NCBI GenBank assembly: GCA_004764695.1
Contig: SMSO01000031.1
Span: 4,750,436-4,814,435, forward strand
Origin: Schizochytrium sp. TIO01
Taxonomy: Eukaryota > Protista > Bigyra: Labyrinthulomycetes
DNA: 64,000 nucleotides
Reading direction: 5' to 3'
In this document: positions 26,327 through 38,211 of the stretch, piece after piece
Layout: each line of letters starts with the position of its first letter
Position numbering within the stretch: position 1 is the first letter of the stretch
Notes under the pieces: model-generated
The model's database searches: none
What the model was told of the DNA's origin: nothing
The model's input: only the letters and a program-made list of their open reading frames with translations
Program-made: the position numbers and the translations under genes

Positions 26327-28726
26327 ATGCCCAAAAGGCGACGACAACCTGGGCGACCTCTGCAGCAGGATGGCAAGAATAGTTCGCTCCCTGTCCCTTC
26401 ACATCAGCAGTCACACCTCCCCACTGAACCTGGGCAGGTTAACCTTCATGAAAGAATTGTTAATCAACACCGTCAACACCAAACGCCACCAAGACCTTCA
26501 AATACGGCTACTGCAATAGGAGTGTCATCATTACACCAAAACAACAACATGCCTTCTTCACCACGCGGCCGTTCACCTTCCGGAAATACAAAGTGGTTAC
26601 ATGAGTTTAACATTGATTCACTCCTCGATGTTTACGACGACTCTGCTAATGGGCCCTCGACACATACCCAGGATGAAAACGGGACCCCATCAACTAACCC
26701 CATGATGATGGATTCAGTTGCTCTATCAGGCCATGCGCAGCAAGTTAGGCAAATTTTTCCTTCACAGCAAGCAATACCTCCCCCAACTGGACTTCACGCC
26801 CATAGCAGCAACAACAATGCTCACGAGAGGAATAGGAATAACAGCAACAACATCAGTAGCAATAGTAACAACAATAGCGGCAGCAGTAACAACAACAACA
26901 ACAATAATAAAAGCGGCCTTTTGCGTGTGCCAGCTGTAGCGCCCTCAGGCATATCATCTTCGTCCTCATCCTCCTCACTATCCTCGTCATCACTCAATGC
27001 ACCAAACACTAGCGGTGCTAGCAGCAGCAGTAATACAAATAGCACTAGTGACACTGAGGGAAACCGAATACAGCAACAACAACAAGCACAGGTTCAAGAT
27101 TCAGGCCCAAAATATCATCAGGTTAATCAAGTTGTTCGCAGCCACAGCGATGTTTCACAATCGCACATACAACAATCAAGAGGAAACGCTCAGCTAGAAC
27201 ATCGCGAACGCACTTCCTCTACATCCTCATCCACATCAGCCAGTGTACATGGAAACAAATCATCAACGTCACCCGCCCCTGACGCTTTTCAAACATCATT
27301 AGAAGTATTTCTTCGATTCGTCAAGGAGCGAGAAGATAACTCTATTGACGCGAGTGGAGTTCTCAGCCCAGGGTGCTTTGATGAATGGGTACGTACACGA
27401 AAAAGTATGCTCAAGGCTCCACAGGAATCTTTCCGACGCACGTTGACAGCTCACGTCACAGGTCTTGATGGTCGTAAACCATTTCCTCCCAAAGTTGAGC
27501 AGGCTTTACTTATTGAGCTTAGGCAGCAGCGAATCTGGCCTTGCTTTAAAGGAGTCATTGTCAAGGGCCGGAGAAGCAACATTGGCATGCAAGGCTTCCG
27601 CACACTTGGATGGCACGAGCGTCATGAACAAGGCTTCGAGTCCAAGTCCCGTAAAAAGAAATCTAAGAAAAACTCTCGTCGGAGAAACACGGCATCAAGC
27701 AGCAGCGTGAGTAGCAGTAGCAGCAATAGTAGTAGTGATACCTCTAGCAGTAGCGATGAGAGCGACGCCGGGCCAAACTCAAAGCGTCAGCGTAAAGGAC
27801 GTCGTAAGAAGAAGAGGAAGCGCCCCAAACAACCTACAGATATCCTGCAGCAAGTCCGGGCGGCAGCTGCAACATCGATGGGGCCTTTTGATGCTTTCTG
27901 GCGTAATTCAATAGCTAACGCAACAACTTCTTCTAGCGTAGGGGCTTTAAGCGCTCACCAATCAGCATCAGGTTCACAAGGCGCCACTACAAATACAACA
28001 GGTGGAAATTCATCTTCTTCTGGAACCAACCCCAATGACGCTGTTGTCCCCGAGTTTCAACGCCAAGTTAACACAGTACGCTGGATGGAAAATCGTTCCG
28101 TGCTTGAGCTTTTGCTCCGAATTTTTAACATCCACACGTATGAGTACTCCTCCCATGCAAGGTATCAAGATCCAATGAATCAGTCACTCTCATTGCTTGA
28201 TAGCAGTGCTATACCAACAACTTTACGTAGTCAGCTTGTCTACAACATTGTACGCTGTATGGCCCCTCACGTTTTCTGTGGTTGTTATGGAGCTATTGTT
28301 GGCCTTAACCCAATGGCATTACAGCCACCCGTTATTGCAGCTCTGGCTCAATCAAATGATCCTATGACCATTCAGCAAACGAGTTGGTTTGTGGATCCTT
28401 CACTTCAACAATTTTCCAATGTGCTTCCCATTGGTCATCTAAACATCTGCGGTTTAACGATGGTAATTACAAGTGCTGATACTCAGACTATGCAGCTACT
28501 TGGAAACAGTCTAGTAGGCGTTCATCTTTCACAGCTGATGGACCCTGTAGCCTTTTGGGCAGGTCTCACAAGCTTCACCCTTGTTTTATTCTCCTCTGCG
28601 AGTACGGCTTGGGCTAGACTACCTCTACGTATGAATAGCATGGACATGTATGGAAGATACTACCTTACGAAATGGACATGGAATGAGCACAACATTTCTT
28701 TGCTAATTCAACCATTTTCCTCCTAA
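26327..28726 (+). CDS. Uncharacterised ~800-aa nuclear protein, putative transcription factor or sensor (low-complexity Q/N/S tracts, central globular domain, basic NLS clusters, C-terminal PAS-like domain)
   Basis: The frame is open from 26237 to 28726 and the first ATG is at 26327. A TTTGCAG acceptor ending at 26242 could allow an upstream exon. The ordered domain FDEWVRTRK...ESFRRTLTAHVTGLDGRKPFP...WPCF...GWHE lies at ~27287-27619, followed by basic clusters KSRKKKSKKNSRRR and KRQRKGRRKKKRKRPK. Coding status is well supported; function is inferred. Confidence 0.85.
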   Translation: MPKRRRQPGRPLQQDGKNSSLPVPSHQQSHLPTEPGQVNLHERIVNQHRQHQTPPRPSNTATAIGVSSLHQNNNMPSSPRGRSPSGNTKWLHEFNIDSLLDVYDDSANGPSTHTQDENGTPSTNPMMMDSVALSGHAQQVRQIFPSQQAIPPPTGLHAHSSNNNAHERNRNNSNNISSNSNNNSGSSNNNNNNNKSGLLRVPAVAPSGISSSSSSSSLSSSSLNAPNTSGASSSSNTNSTSDTEGNRIQQQQQAQVQDSGPKYHQVNQVVRSHSDVSQSHIQQSRGNAQLEHRERTSSTSSSTSASVHGNKSSTSPAPDAFQTSLEVFLRFVKEREDNSIDASGVLSPGCFDEWVRTRKSMLKAPQESFRRTLTAHVTGLDGRKPFPPKVEQALLIELRQQRIWPCFKGVIVKGRRSNIGMQGFRTLGWHERHEQGFESKSRKKKSKKNSRRRNTASSSSVSSSSSNSSSDTSSSSDESDAGPNSKRQRKGRRKKKRKRPKQPTDILQQVRAAAATSMGPFDAFWRNSIANATTSSSVGALSAHQSASGSQGATTNTTGGNSSSSGTNPNDAVVPEFQRQVNTVRWMENRSVLELLLRIFNIHTYEYSSHARYQDPMNQSLSLLDSSAIPTTLRSQLVYNIVRCMAPHVFCGCYGAIVGLNPMALQPPVIAALAQSNDPMTIQQTSWFVDPSLQQFSNVLPIGHLNICGLTMVITSADTQTMQLLGNSLVGVHLSQLMDPVAFWAGLTSFTLVLFSSASTAWARLPLRMNSMDMYGRYYLTKWTWNEHNISLLIQPFSS

Positions 28727-31420
28727 TCCCAAGGCTTATGTCGCTCGCCTGAGTTTGAATATTGTCTCGTCATAGCTTATTTACGAAAGTTAGCCAACCT
28801 GCCCTGCATTTCCAACGAGTGAGGGGCTGCCATTCTGATCGGAGAACCATTTTAGGCCAAGCTTGCTTTGTTCCCCGATAGTTTGCATGACCCTTTGCCG
28901 CGAAGCAATCCTTAACTACCTTATACACGATCACAAGTGACCATACCTTTTTCTCCTGCTGATCTGCGTCATCCCAGGCATGTTCGGATAATTAAACGCA
29001 GCAAAAAGGTATTTTAATTCACACAAGCATAGAGCTTCATTGCAAAATGTTGCAAACTGCTCAGTGATACAAACCCCCGACTTTCCACAAAGCAAAGAGC
29101 GTACAGCTAGTTCGCTATAATTCTGATGAAAGCAAGAATCAAAACTAAGCGTGAGCATCAATCTGGTGGATGGGACGTGGTTCACATTACTTACGTTTGC
29201 CAACCCCTTCACTGATTATGAACGATAATATTTGACCCGCATGATTCTCTAAGTGGACTTGTAATGTAGAACTCATCTCCCGCATACACAATGCATAATC
29301 CGAAGAAAATATCGCTATACAACGGAACACAACACAGATGTACGAATTGCTGTCAGACTGTGTGGACGCAAGCCTGACTTTTAGAGCTTTCCTACCTTTG
29401 CTGCTTCCTTCTCACGCTCCCGGCATGCCTTTTTGGGCCTTTTTTTATAGAACCAAAACGAGAGCATACGTGTGGTGAATACACACACTCATTCACACAA
29501 AAGCGAGATAGAATCTCACTATTCAAAACATGTGATACAATACTAAAAGGACATGTGATGCAATCATAGAAAAGTATAGGGCTTAGCTTAGTTCTGCTAA
29601 GTCCTTTGTATAACAGATGGTTTGCATACAAATGAAAATTGGAGGTGCAGCAAAACGTTCCCCTTCAGCAATAGCTTAATAGCTTACATTCAACGAGGTT
29701 GGCGTGCAATATACATTTTTCTGTTTTGATTATGAAAGCCCCGTTAGCTTTAAAACTCCCATTTAGCCCAACTACTATTATATCTTTTCTCTCTATACAT
29801 CATATATTCTGTTGCATTGTTATCTGAACAGTATTTTGCTTGAAGCCCCGGAAGAAGGCAAGCAACGTACAACCTGGTGTGCTTGGCATCGTGTTGTCCT
29901 GCAAAAGTACAGTAACTATTTTTTATAGTTCCCTCCCACAATACCATTGCAAGTAAAAAATAAATAAAGCATCTCTCCAATGAACACAAAAAATACGCTT
30001 CAGGAAGGCCTTTACACGAAAGCTATAAGCTTGTATTGGTACCTAGTAAAATATATTCATCAAAATTAGATCACTCTAGCCTTGGTTTTACTACCATCCC
30101 TTCAATTTGAGGAATCTTGATCCTTCAATCAAGCTATCCGGGAAAATAGTTTTATCTAGCTAGAGGTTGCGCAAGGACGCCTTTTAGTAGCAACTGCATA
30201 CTAGGTCATGTGGTGTGCTTTATTTTAGTATCATGTCAAACGAATGGAACGAGGTGTCTACCTGCCTCAGAAAATATCGTAGGGACATGAAGAGAAGGTA
30301 GCAATTACTGTAAGGATGCAAGTACGCTTTAACAAAATGCTGATTTGAGCAAATTGTAAACATTGAAGAGTTTGTTGACTTCGCTAGATTGATAATTCAT
30401 TGGGCTGTACATGAAAAAAACATAAGGCACTATAATAGTAATAAGGTGTTCAAACAAGTTTACTCACTCCATCTTAATCTAACATAATTTCTGCAAGGTT
30501 TTGCAATTATTACTTAAGCATAGGCTTGATGAGAGTCTTCCATTCATAGTTGGGGCATGATAAATTGGAGATTTGGTTTTACCAGAGCGCTGTACTCCAA
30601 CCAGCACCCCTTTTTTCTAATGCTGCTCAAGTCAATTCCTGTAAAAGACTTTGTTTATGTCATCTGTTTTCTATTTAATGCTAGTGTAATGTATACTTAC
30701 TCGATGTGAGATAACAATGACGCAAATCTGGTTTCACGTAACAATTGGGTGACAACAAAGATCAAGTAACTCACCTCATGAAATTCGCAGAAGATTAACG
30801 ACTCATGTATTTGGCAAGCAAGAGCACATCGACTAACTATTAGAAGCTAGTTCTACTTTCATTGTGCTTTTCTCTTACTTATTAACTATGAATAGAATTA
30901 TGATGTTTAAAAGCTCAAGTGTTTCTCTTGCATGCAGAAGCAAGCTTACTTTGCGGCAGACCGGACTCCATCATACTTTTAAAATAACATATATGGCTAT
31001 ATGATAATATTTTTCTTTAAACGGAGATCACTTTCATAGGGAGCTTAAGATGCGAAAATCGTTAGCCTAGATATTATCACCATGGGGCGCGAAGCTATTC
31101 AAGAAAGGAGTGCAAGAATAAACACAAGTAGACGAAGTTTCAAACAAAATTTTGATGTCATAGATGGTAGGTTTTATATTTCTTTATATTTTTTTTAACT
31201 CAAAGGTTTCCAAAGAAAGTCACAGGGAAGCAATCATCGGTTGCAAACTTTGCTGCTCATAGGTATTCACCTGCTCTGCCTCATCATTTATACGAAAAAC
31301 CTTATCCTGCACAAGCCGGCCTTGACACTAATTACACGGTTCATGCCAGATCGAAGTGGAGTGGAGTAGAGAAACTAAGCGAGAGAGCGAGTGTTAAAAA
31401 AAGAGTCCACTTTATTTTAC

Positions 31421-32311
31421 TTACTTAGCCACAGGGGTGACAGTGTTGTAAATATCAGTGCGCTTCTGCTTGCTGATAGGAATGTTCGTACGGATCTCAT
31501 CAGGGCGGTCAAGGTCAATCTCAGCATAGACAATCGCAGCATCATGTTCAGTGGTGGCAAGAACCTCTCCCCAGGGGGAAACCACAGAAGAGTGGCCCCA
31601 GGCCTGGTACTTGGAGTCCGGGTTGCGAGCAGGCGAAGCAGTAGCAACGTAGAGCTGGTTATCAACAGCACGACCGCGCTGAAGGAGTTCCCAATGAGCA
31701 GGTCCAGTAGTAGTGTTAAAGGCACCAGGGTACACGAGAAGCTTGCAGCCCTGCTCGCGAAGAAGCATGGCATACTCAGGGAAGCGGATGTCGTAGCAGA
31801 TACCAACACCAACCTTGCAGTACGGGGTGTCGAAGACGGTGACAGAGTTACCGGCGCTCAGAGTATCGGACTCCTTGAAAGTGATGCCGCCAGGAACATC
31901 GATGTCGAAGAGGTGGACCTTGCGGTGCTTGGCAAGGAGCTCACCCTCAGGGCTGACAACGAGGCAGGTGTTGTATACCTTGCCTTCAGAGTCCTTCTCG
32001 GGGAAGGATCCGCCCACAAGGTAGACACCGGACTCCTTAGCCACCTCGATCAGCATCGCGGTGGAGGGGTGAATCTCGGCATCAAGATCCTTGGCAGAAG
32101 AAGGGATTTCCTCGGCGTATTTGGGGAACATATCGGTGGCATAGGGGCTGTTGAAGCACTCCGGGAGGGACACAAGCTTGGCGCCGTTGCTGGCAGCCTC
32201 TTGGACGGCCTTGCGAGCGGACGCGAGGTTGGCGGCCTTGTCAGTGCCCACGAGCACTTGGCACATGGCAAGCTTGAGCATCTTCTTGCCGGTCTCAGCA
32301 GCCACAGACAT
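31421..32311 (-). CDS. NIT2: Omega-amidase NIT2 (carbon-nitrogen hydrolase / nitrilase superfamily)
   Basis: 296 aa, intronless. Glu-Lys-Cys triad motifs [22 protein letters not shown] and [10 protein letters not shown], plus the NIT2-typical [25 protein letters not shown] and YQAWGHS. Strong codon bias. Confidence 0.95.
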   Translation of the reverse strand: MSVAAETGKKMLKLAMCQVLVGTDKAANLASARKAVQEAASNGAKLVSLPECFNSPYATDMFPKYAEEIPSSAKDLDAEIHPSTAMLIEVAKESGVYLVGGSFPEKDSEGKVYNTCLVVSPEGELLAKHRKVHLFDIDVPGGITFKESDTLSAGNSVTVFDTPYCKVGVGICYDIRFPEYAMLLREQGCKLLVYPGAFNTTTGPAHWELLQRGRAVDNQLYVATASPARNPDSKYQAWGHSSVVSPWGEVLATTEHDAAIVYAEIDLDRPDEIRTNIPISKQKRTDIYNTVTPVAK

Positions 32312-34007
32312 GTTGAATGTAAGAAAAGCGAAACGCTAACAAAGGACGAAGAGCGAAGTCAGTGGAGCAGCTCGGTGAGCTATTGCAATTCCGATTTGCT
32401 ACTTGCTTCCGACGGATTGATCAAGAATAGACGGGCATATATATATATATTGCCAACCAGTCTATTCCCTAAGAAAATGCAATAGCAGATATCGATCAAT
32501 CAATACATGGATAGATACACTCCTACCTAGTTAGGATCTATGTAGCAGTAGAGTAGATTGCTTAGAAGTAGGTACCTACCTAATGCATTAATTTAATGAA
32601 TCAGCAGTGGCAATTCAGATCCCAAGCATCGCGGACTTGCTGAGGAAGTAGAAACCAGCGAGCAGCCTTGAGAGGAGGAACTCTTGAAAAACGGTCTTGG
32701 AATGCCATAAACTCCTTGCAAGATGACAACCTGATGAAGCGGTGCAGAAAAGCTGCTCCTTTGGACGAGTACCCGAGAGGATACCTTCAAAGCTACGCTG
32801 AAGCAGAGCAGGTGGCTCTCTAAGTTGCTCAGATCAAGACATGGAATTAATTGCTCAAGAAGGCTTACCTAGAGATCAACGAAAGGTTGGAGATAAGTTT
32901 TGTAGAAGCGACTGCCCAATTGGTGAAGGCTAGGACTGGCCTCAGGGAAAGAATAACTGCGTAGACCTGCGGTGTTGTTGTTCTTTTTTATTAATTTATA
33001 AAGAGGAATATGGTGGGTCACAAGAGCGGCTTCGGGAAACGCTGCCTTTGGGTTGTGCTGTCGGAGCGCGAACAACTCATAACGCACACATGGCATATAC
33101 TAGTAGATAGATGATACCCTGAGCATCGACTATTCCATTGCAATGATTCTAAGGTGAAGATGGGAGTAAAGCGGGCTGGTAGGAGTTCTTAACACAACGA
33201 ATAAGCAGCTTGTATTGCCCTTGTCATTCATTGACATTAATTTTGGTGGGCAATGATTAGCGAGCAAGATTCCAGCGAGCGACGCATTCTTTAAATTCAA
33301 AAGAGCTAAACAGTGTGCAACATAACAGGTTAGTTTGGATGATGTGAGCTAGATTGGAAACATGCAAGAAGTTCGTTAATCGAAGTCATGGCTACTTCTT
33401 TGGCGATTTCTGAAAATACAGATGTCCGATACACGTTATTTTGCATGTTTTTGCTGCAAGGGAAGTTCTCTAACATGTGTCGAATTTTTCTTGGAAAAAC
33501 GATGTGATCCTGGTGGTTATGCAGATGAAACTGTTCTCGCCAACTCTAATCGAGGATGTTTTTGCAATTTATAGAAACTAACCCAAATTATCGACCAGTA
33601 ATATAAACAACGATAGAGAGATTTCTTTGAAGTGATTTTAGCTGCATCAAAGCAAACCCAATGATATGTCATACTGTTGTTGCAACAAATGTAGCATACA
33701 GCAACAATCGGTTTTTACATGGTGATTAAATCTCCTTGTCACTTTTGCTCTTCACTAATTTTACTTGAGGACTAGTAGTTAGGTCTACTAGCTAGAACCA
33801 TCTAAATAAAGACCAAGTTGGGCGGCGCAGAGATAAAACAACTTAGTGGTAAAGCCTGGTTGTGCCACTTGAGCACGCCCATCCATTCGCATTATCAACC
33901 CCCAAGCCTCCCTAGCTTGCCCCAAAGCCACTGAATAGCTGCCGTTTGCTTCGCGCAGTATCAGATTCAAACTTAAGTGATTCTGTGAAGAGAATCAGTG
34001 GTGGCCA

Positions 34008-34955
34008 ATGACGCAGGAATATGAAGGCACCACAGAAGTCGTGCAGGCCGCCGTAAAGAGCGCAGCGGAGTTCGGAGAGCCTGACCGTGAGGTGGCATCC
34101 CTTGCTGCATCTCTAAATTCCCTGGAAACTGCTCCATCTTCTGCTGTTCAAAACGCCCAAATCTCTAATGACAATCTCAAGCAAAAGGATGACACTGTAG
34201 ATGAAGACGATGAAGAAGACGATGATGATGGAGGATATGGCTTCTTCAACCCTGATCTGTTCACCAGCAACGTGGAGTATGAACTGAGTGAGTTCAAATT
34301 CCCGCGCGAGGATGGCAGCGAAGATGAACTTGTCGTGAAGCTCTCATACTTGCATGGAAGCAACCAGCTCATTGAGAAGTTTGTCTCTCGCGTGGTTTGG
34401 CCATCCGCAGAAGAGCTTTCGCGTCACTTTGCTCTTCATCCGGAAATTGTGGCAAGCAAGAATATTTTAGAACTTGGCAGTGGCACTGGACTCTGTGGTA
34501 TCTCCATGGCCTGCCTCGGCGCTACTTCTGTAGTGCTCACGGATTATAACGAGGCATCCGTGGAGCTCTTGCAGGAGAACATTGATCTTAACAGTGTCGG
34601 GGACATTTGTTCTACCTCCAGACTTGTGTGGGGAGATGAACAGTCGTGCGCGGCTATTCTTCAAGGTCTAGAACTCTCACACTTTGACCTCGTGGTGGGA
34701 ACTGACGTCGTGTACGAGCCAGAGTGCATTGAACCGCTTTTGCAGAGTGCAAGGGCTTTTATGAATAAGAACCCCCAGAGCAAATTTATTCTTGCAAACC
34801 ACACGCATCGCTACGGAAATTACGCTGAGCTTGTTCACGAGACGGCGGCCGCCCTTGGCTTCATTGAGGAAGTGCAGCCACCATTTATTGGAGAGGAAGG
34901 TCAAATTGACTTTTCCATTTTTACCTTACCCAAGGATGAAGAGTCCCAGGCTTAA
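34008..34955 (+). CDS. SAM-dependent protein lysine methyltransferase, METTL21 / Methyltransf_16 family
   Basis: 315 aa with family motifs VVWPSAEEL, motif I ILELGSGTGLCG, post-I VVLTDY and motif II FDLVVGTDVVY (DxxY); acidic N-terminal extension. Confidence 0.9.
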   Translation: MTQEYEGTTEVVQAAVKSAAEFGEPDREVASLAASLNSLETAPSSAVQNAQISNDNLKQKDDTVDEDDEEDDDDGGYGFFNPDLFTSNVEYELSEFKFPREDGSEDELVVKLSYLHGSNQLIEKFVSRVVWPSAEELSRHFALHPEIVASKNILELGSGTGLCGISMACLGATSVVLTDYNEASVELLQENIDLNSVGDICSTSRLVWGDEQSCAAILQGLELSHFDLVVGTDVVYEPECIEPLLQSARAFMNKNPQSKFILANHTHRYGNYAELVHETAAALGFIEEVQPPFIGEEGQIDFSIFTLPKDEESQA

Positions 34956-35465
34956 GCCATCACCAATTTAGATGATATTTCCCATATCTATACATCAGCC
35001 TTTTGTAGTTGTTGTCGGTGCTGTTGTTGTCGGTATTGGTAGGACCTCAACTAACTCTTCAAACCGAACTGTCGCCGCTTAAAGCAGCTGCAGCAAATTT
35101 TTGAGAAAACTACGAAGCCGAAACCATGTTTTGATAATACCCTGGATACTTGCGTAAAAAACAATAAATCAATTTTCATGTAATAATTGACTTTAGCTTT
35201 TTACAATGCAAAGGCTCATGTTTCCAAATAAAAAACGAGAGGAGGACGCAGTGACGGTACAAGTATCAATGAAATGGTTCATCTTCATACTTACAAAACA
35301 AAATGCTAGTCATACCACAAAATAATTTAAACACAACACCGAGTTCAAGAACACCAAAGAAGATTCTTTTGATGAATTAAATCGATAACCAAAACTCAAT
35401 AGAAACAAAGAATATATACAAACATAAACATAAACATTCTATATTACAAAGAGGGTCAGTATTTT

Positions 35466-38211
35466 TCACGAGTTTTCGCAATGGCGAAATACCCGGAGCA
35501 TAGGTACTTTAATATCTCCATTGAGCTTATTCAAAAGCCAAAGAAGGGTTGCACTTGGGGCTTGTGTCAAGCCCAAACCAAACTTTCGGAATTCCCGGTA
35601 AGTATAAAGAACTTTCCAGCCTGACTTACACCGAACTCTGCGACCAATCAATTCTACTACGTATTCGCGAGATTCAAGAGGCTGCTCACAGCTATGACAT
35701 GCAACTTGATATATCTTGCGTGTACACGGAGGAGCGGTAGTGATGGACAAGAGGACGCCGTCACCGCGCAAATGTACTGTTCCACGAATCGGCAAACCAG
35801 TGGGGCCAGCAAACAGATCCATCTCAGAATCAGATTCCGATGAATCTGAGTCAGTCGTAGCACCACGGCTGACAAACGCATCTACAGCAGTCCAACCTCC
35901 CCCGCTACTTCCTTGAGGTGATCCACTACGGCACTTGCTACTGCGGCTTCTACCACCTCCACGTCGCGATCCACCGTCCAATGAGTTTCGGCGAGGGACC
36001 CGTTCTCTTCGGTCACGGACGGAAGAACGGAGAGATGACGGAACAGACGAGGTGCGAGGCCGGCGTGATGAGCTTGAAGGAGACAAGGCCTCGTCTCCAT
36101 CATCAGCTCCATGATAGCTTCGATCGTATGTTCCGCTATCATTGCTAGACTGTCCATTTGCAGACAGGGAATCATAGAGCCGTGCTTCTCGAGCTGCTCG
36201 TCGTTCACGACGTTTCTTTTCCTTAGCATCTGAATTGGAAAACGAACTAAATTGTACCACTAACATTGAGTCAGGGCTACTACTCATAGGCCGTTCCATG
36301 ACATGAGAGTCGCTCGAGGAACTGCGTCTTGATCTTGATGCGCCGCCTCTTAGGCCAATATTACGAACTCGTTGACCAAAGTATGACTCAATTGAAGGCT
36401 TAGCCCAAAATAAAAGGCTTTCGTTCCATTTGACTTGGGAAACTTGCATCTTGAATTTGGCAGGGCCAACTAGAACAACATTGCCTTCCCCAGCCAACTG
36501 CTCGCTCTCGGCCATGAACCAACTTGCATGACGATCATCTTGCTCAGAAACGGATCGATGAGTTGGTCTCGCATCTGCAAAAGGGGCCTGCGGGTGAACA
36601 GCCTCCCAATAGGGTGAATCAAAACTGCTTGGGCGACTCTGTGCAGATGCAATTAATCGGTGATCAGTATGACGGGAACCAAATATTCCCCCAAAACTCT
36701 CTTGGGCAGCGTCGTCCTCCATCTCATTTTCCGGTTGAGTATCATCTGCATCAAAAACTTCTTCCATCGCAAGGGCCTTACTTCCGGAGGAGGAGGTTGC
36801 CTCGGATGTGCCTTTTGATTGCCAAAACCGCCAATGCAATGACTCGTGTCTGTTATGCGCTGGAGGACTCCCGTCAAACGAATTCATTATTGTATTCCGG
36901 GAATGCGATTTAGCCTCAGAGGCCGCTGTTGACAAAGAGGCGTAATTCTCCTTGTGGGAATTCACGTTGCCTCTGTGAATAGTATTAAAGTTGGAGTCAG
37001 GCAAGTATGCAGACTTCACATCATTCCGCATAATTCTGATCGAAGATGGAGATTGAGACTTGCGCAAATCTGAATTTCGGCTAGCAGACGCCGAAAATGT
37101 AGATGCCAGGGATCTTCGCATCCGAGCAAGACGTTCTAAACTTGTATCTACAAAAGAAAGGTTATCTAAACTGTTGGTGTTACCGTGCTTCAAAGAAGAT
37201 ACGCCGTAACAAACAGGTAGTTTTTGGCCTGGAGCTAGACGAAGCGTCACAGAGCTCAGCCATGAAGAACCCTGCGGGAATGTCGTGACAAACCACTGCA
37301 TCGTGCCCCAAAATAAATACTCCAAACGACTTCGCGACGTTTTAAAGAACGATCGAAGCATGGCATACGGATTGAGCTGGTGATTTCTTTCTAAAAGACC
37401 GAATTTGTTTGGACGCAAGTTCGCCCATGGACCATCGCCAAAGAGAAGCGCAACAAGTCCAAATGTACAGTGTAAAATGAAACTTAATATATGCAGGTGT
37501 GTGTATGCTGCGTAGGGCTCAGCGCGGAAAAAGTAGATAATCTGTGGGTAGATCATGAGCATGATCTCGCATGGTCGAGTCAGAGTTAGAATTGTAAGAT
37601 GCAACAGCGCAACATATGCTTAACTTGGGCGTTGGGTTCGTATTTGCTTCTTCTTTACTCTAAAATATAAGTAAGCAAGATAAGAAAGGTAAAGAAGAAA
37701 GCCACTTGCCCACTAGAACTTACAATGCTGAGTCGGAAGGTTCCAAACATGTAACCAATCGACACACGAAACGTGGGGCTCATCCATTTGACACGGACCT
37801 GTGCCAAGGTTGTTGCCGCCATATAATGCTGGGAATTACAAGAAATCATCCGTACTCAAACCATTTGCACAAAAGTTAGTTGACCAGAAACACAACTCAA
37901 TCACAACAGAGCAAAAAGATTGGCACGCTTAATCGCAGACACTCAGTCTCAAGCGTTCAGGTTTGTTCTCTTTGTAGACTTACCCAGATAAGTGTGAGAA
38001 GAACATCCGCGCAAATAAGCACTACAGAATACAACTCCCAGTCCAGCTGCGAGCTCTTCAGCATTGGTGGGCCCCACTCACCATGCTCCATACGGAAGGG
38101 TTGTGGAACCCCGATGGGGCCTTTCCTATACAACTCAGGCCATGGAAGCTCCTGCAGTTTTGCCCAAATGCTTTGCCATCGACCGTAGCAAGCAATTCCT
38201 TGATGTGGCAT
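35466..38211 (-). CDS. Uncharacterised ~800-aa protein with N-terminal multi-pass membrane region and long Ser/Arg-rich disordered region; predicted 3 exons
   Basis: Model: exons 38211-37984, 37828-37724 and 37541-35466. Both introns start GTAAGT (37983, 37723) and end CAG (37829, 37542), with ACTAAC/TCTAAC branch-like motifs. Phase-0 joins give the continuous hydrophobic sequence ...ADVLLTLIW|HYMAA...FRLSI|IIYFFR...ILSFILHCTFGLVALLFG. Alternative splice choices are possible. Confidence 0.7.

Noticed and set aside
31391-32485. 364-aa plus-strand ORF overlapping NIT2
   Set aside because: Antisense shadow of a strongly codon-biased gene; GTG start and no recognisable motifs.
37542-37604. Listed start of the 712-aa ORF (MHLTIL...)
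   Set aside because: TTG start lying in a predicted intron (branch-like TCTAAC, acceptor CAG at 37544-37542); the frame is better explained as exon 3 of a spliced gene.
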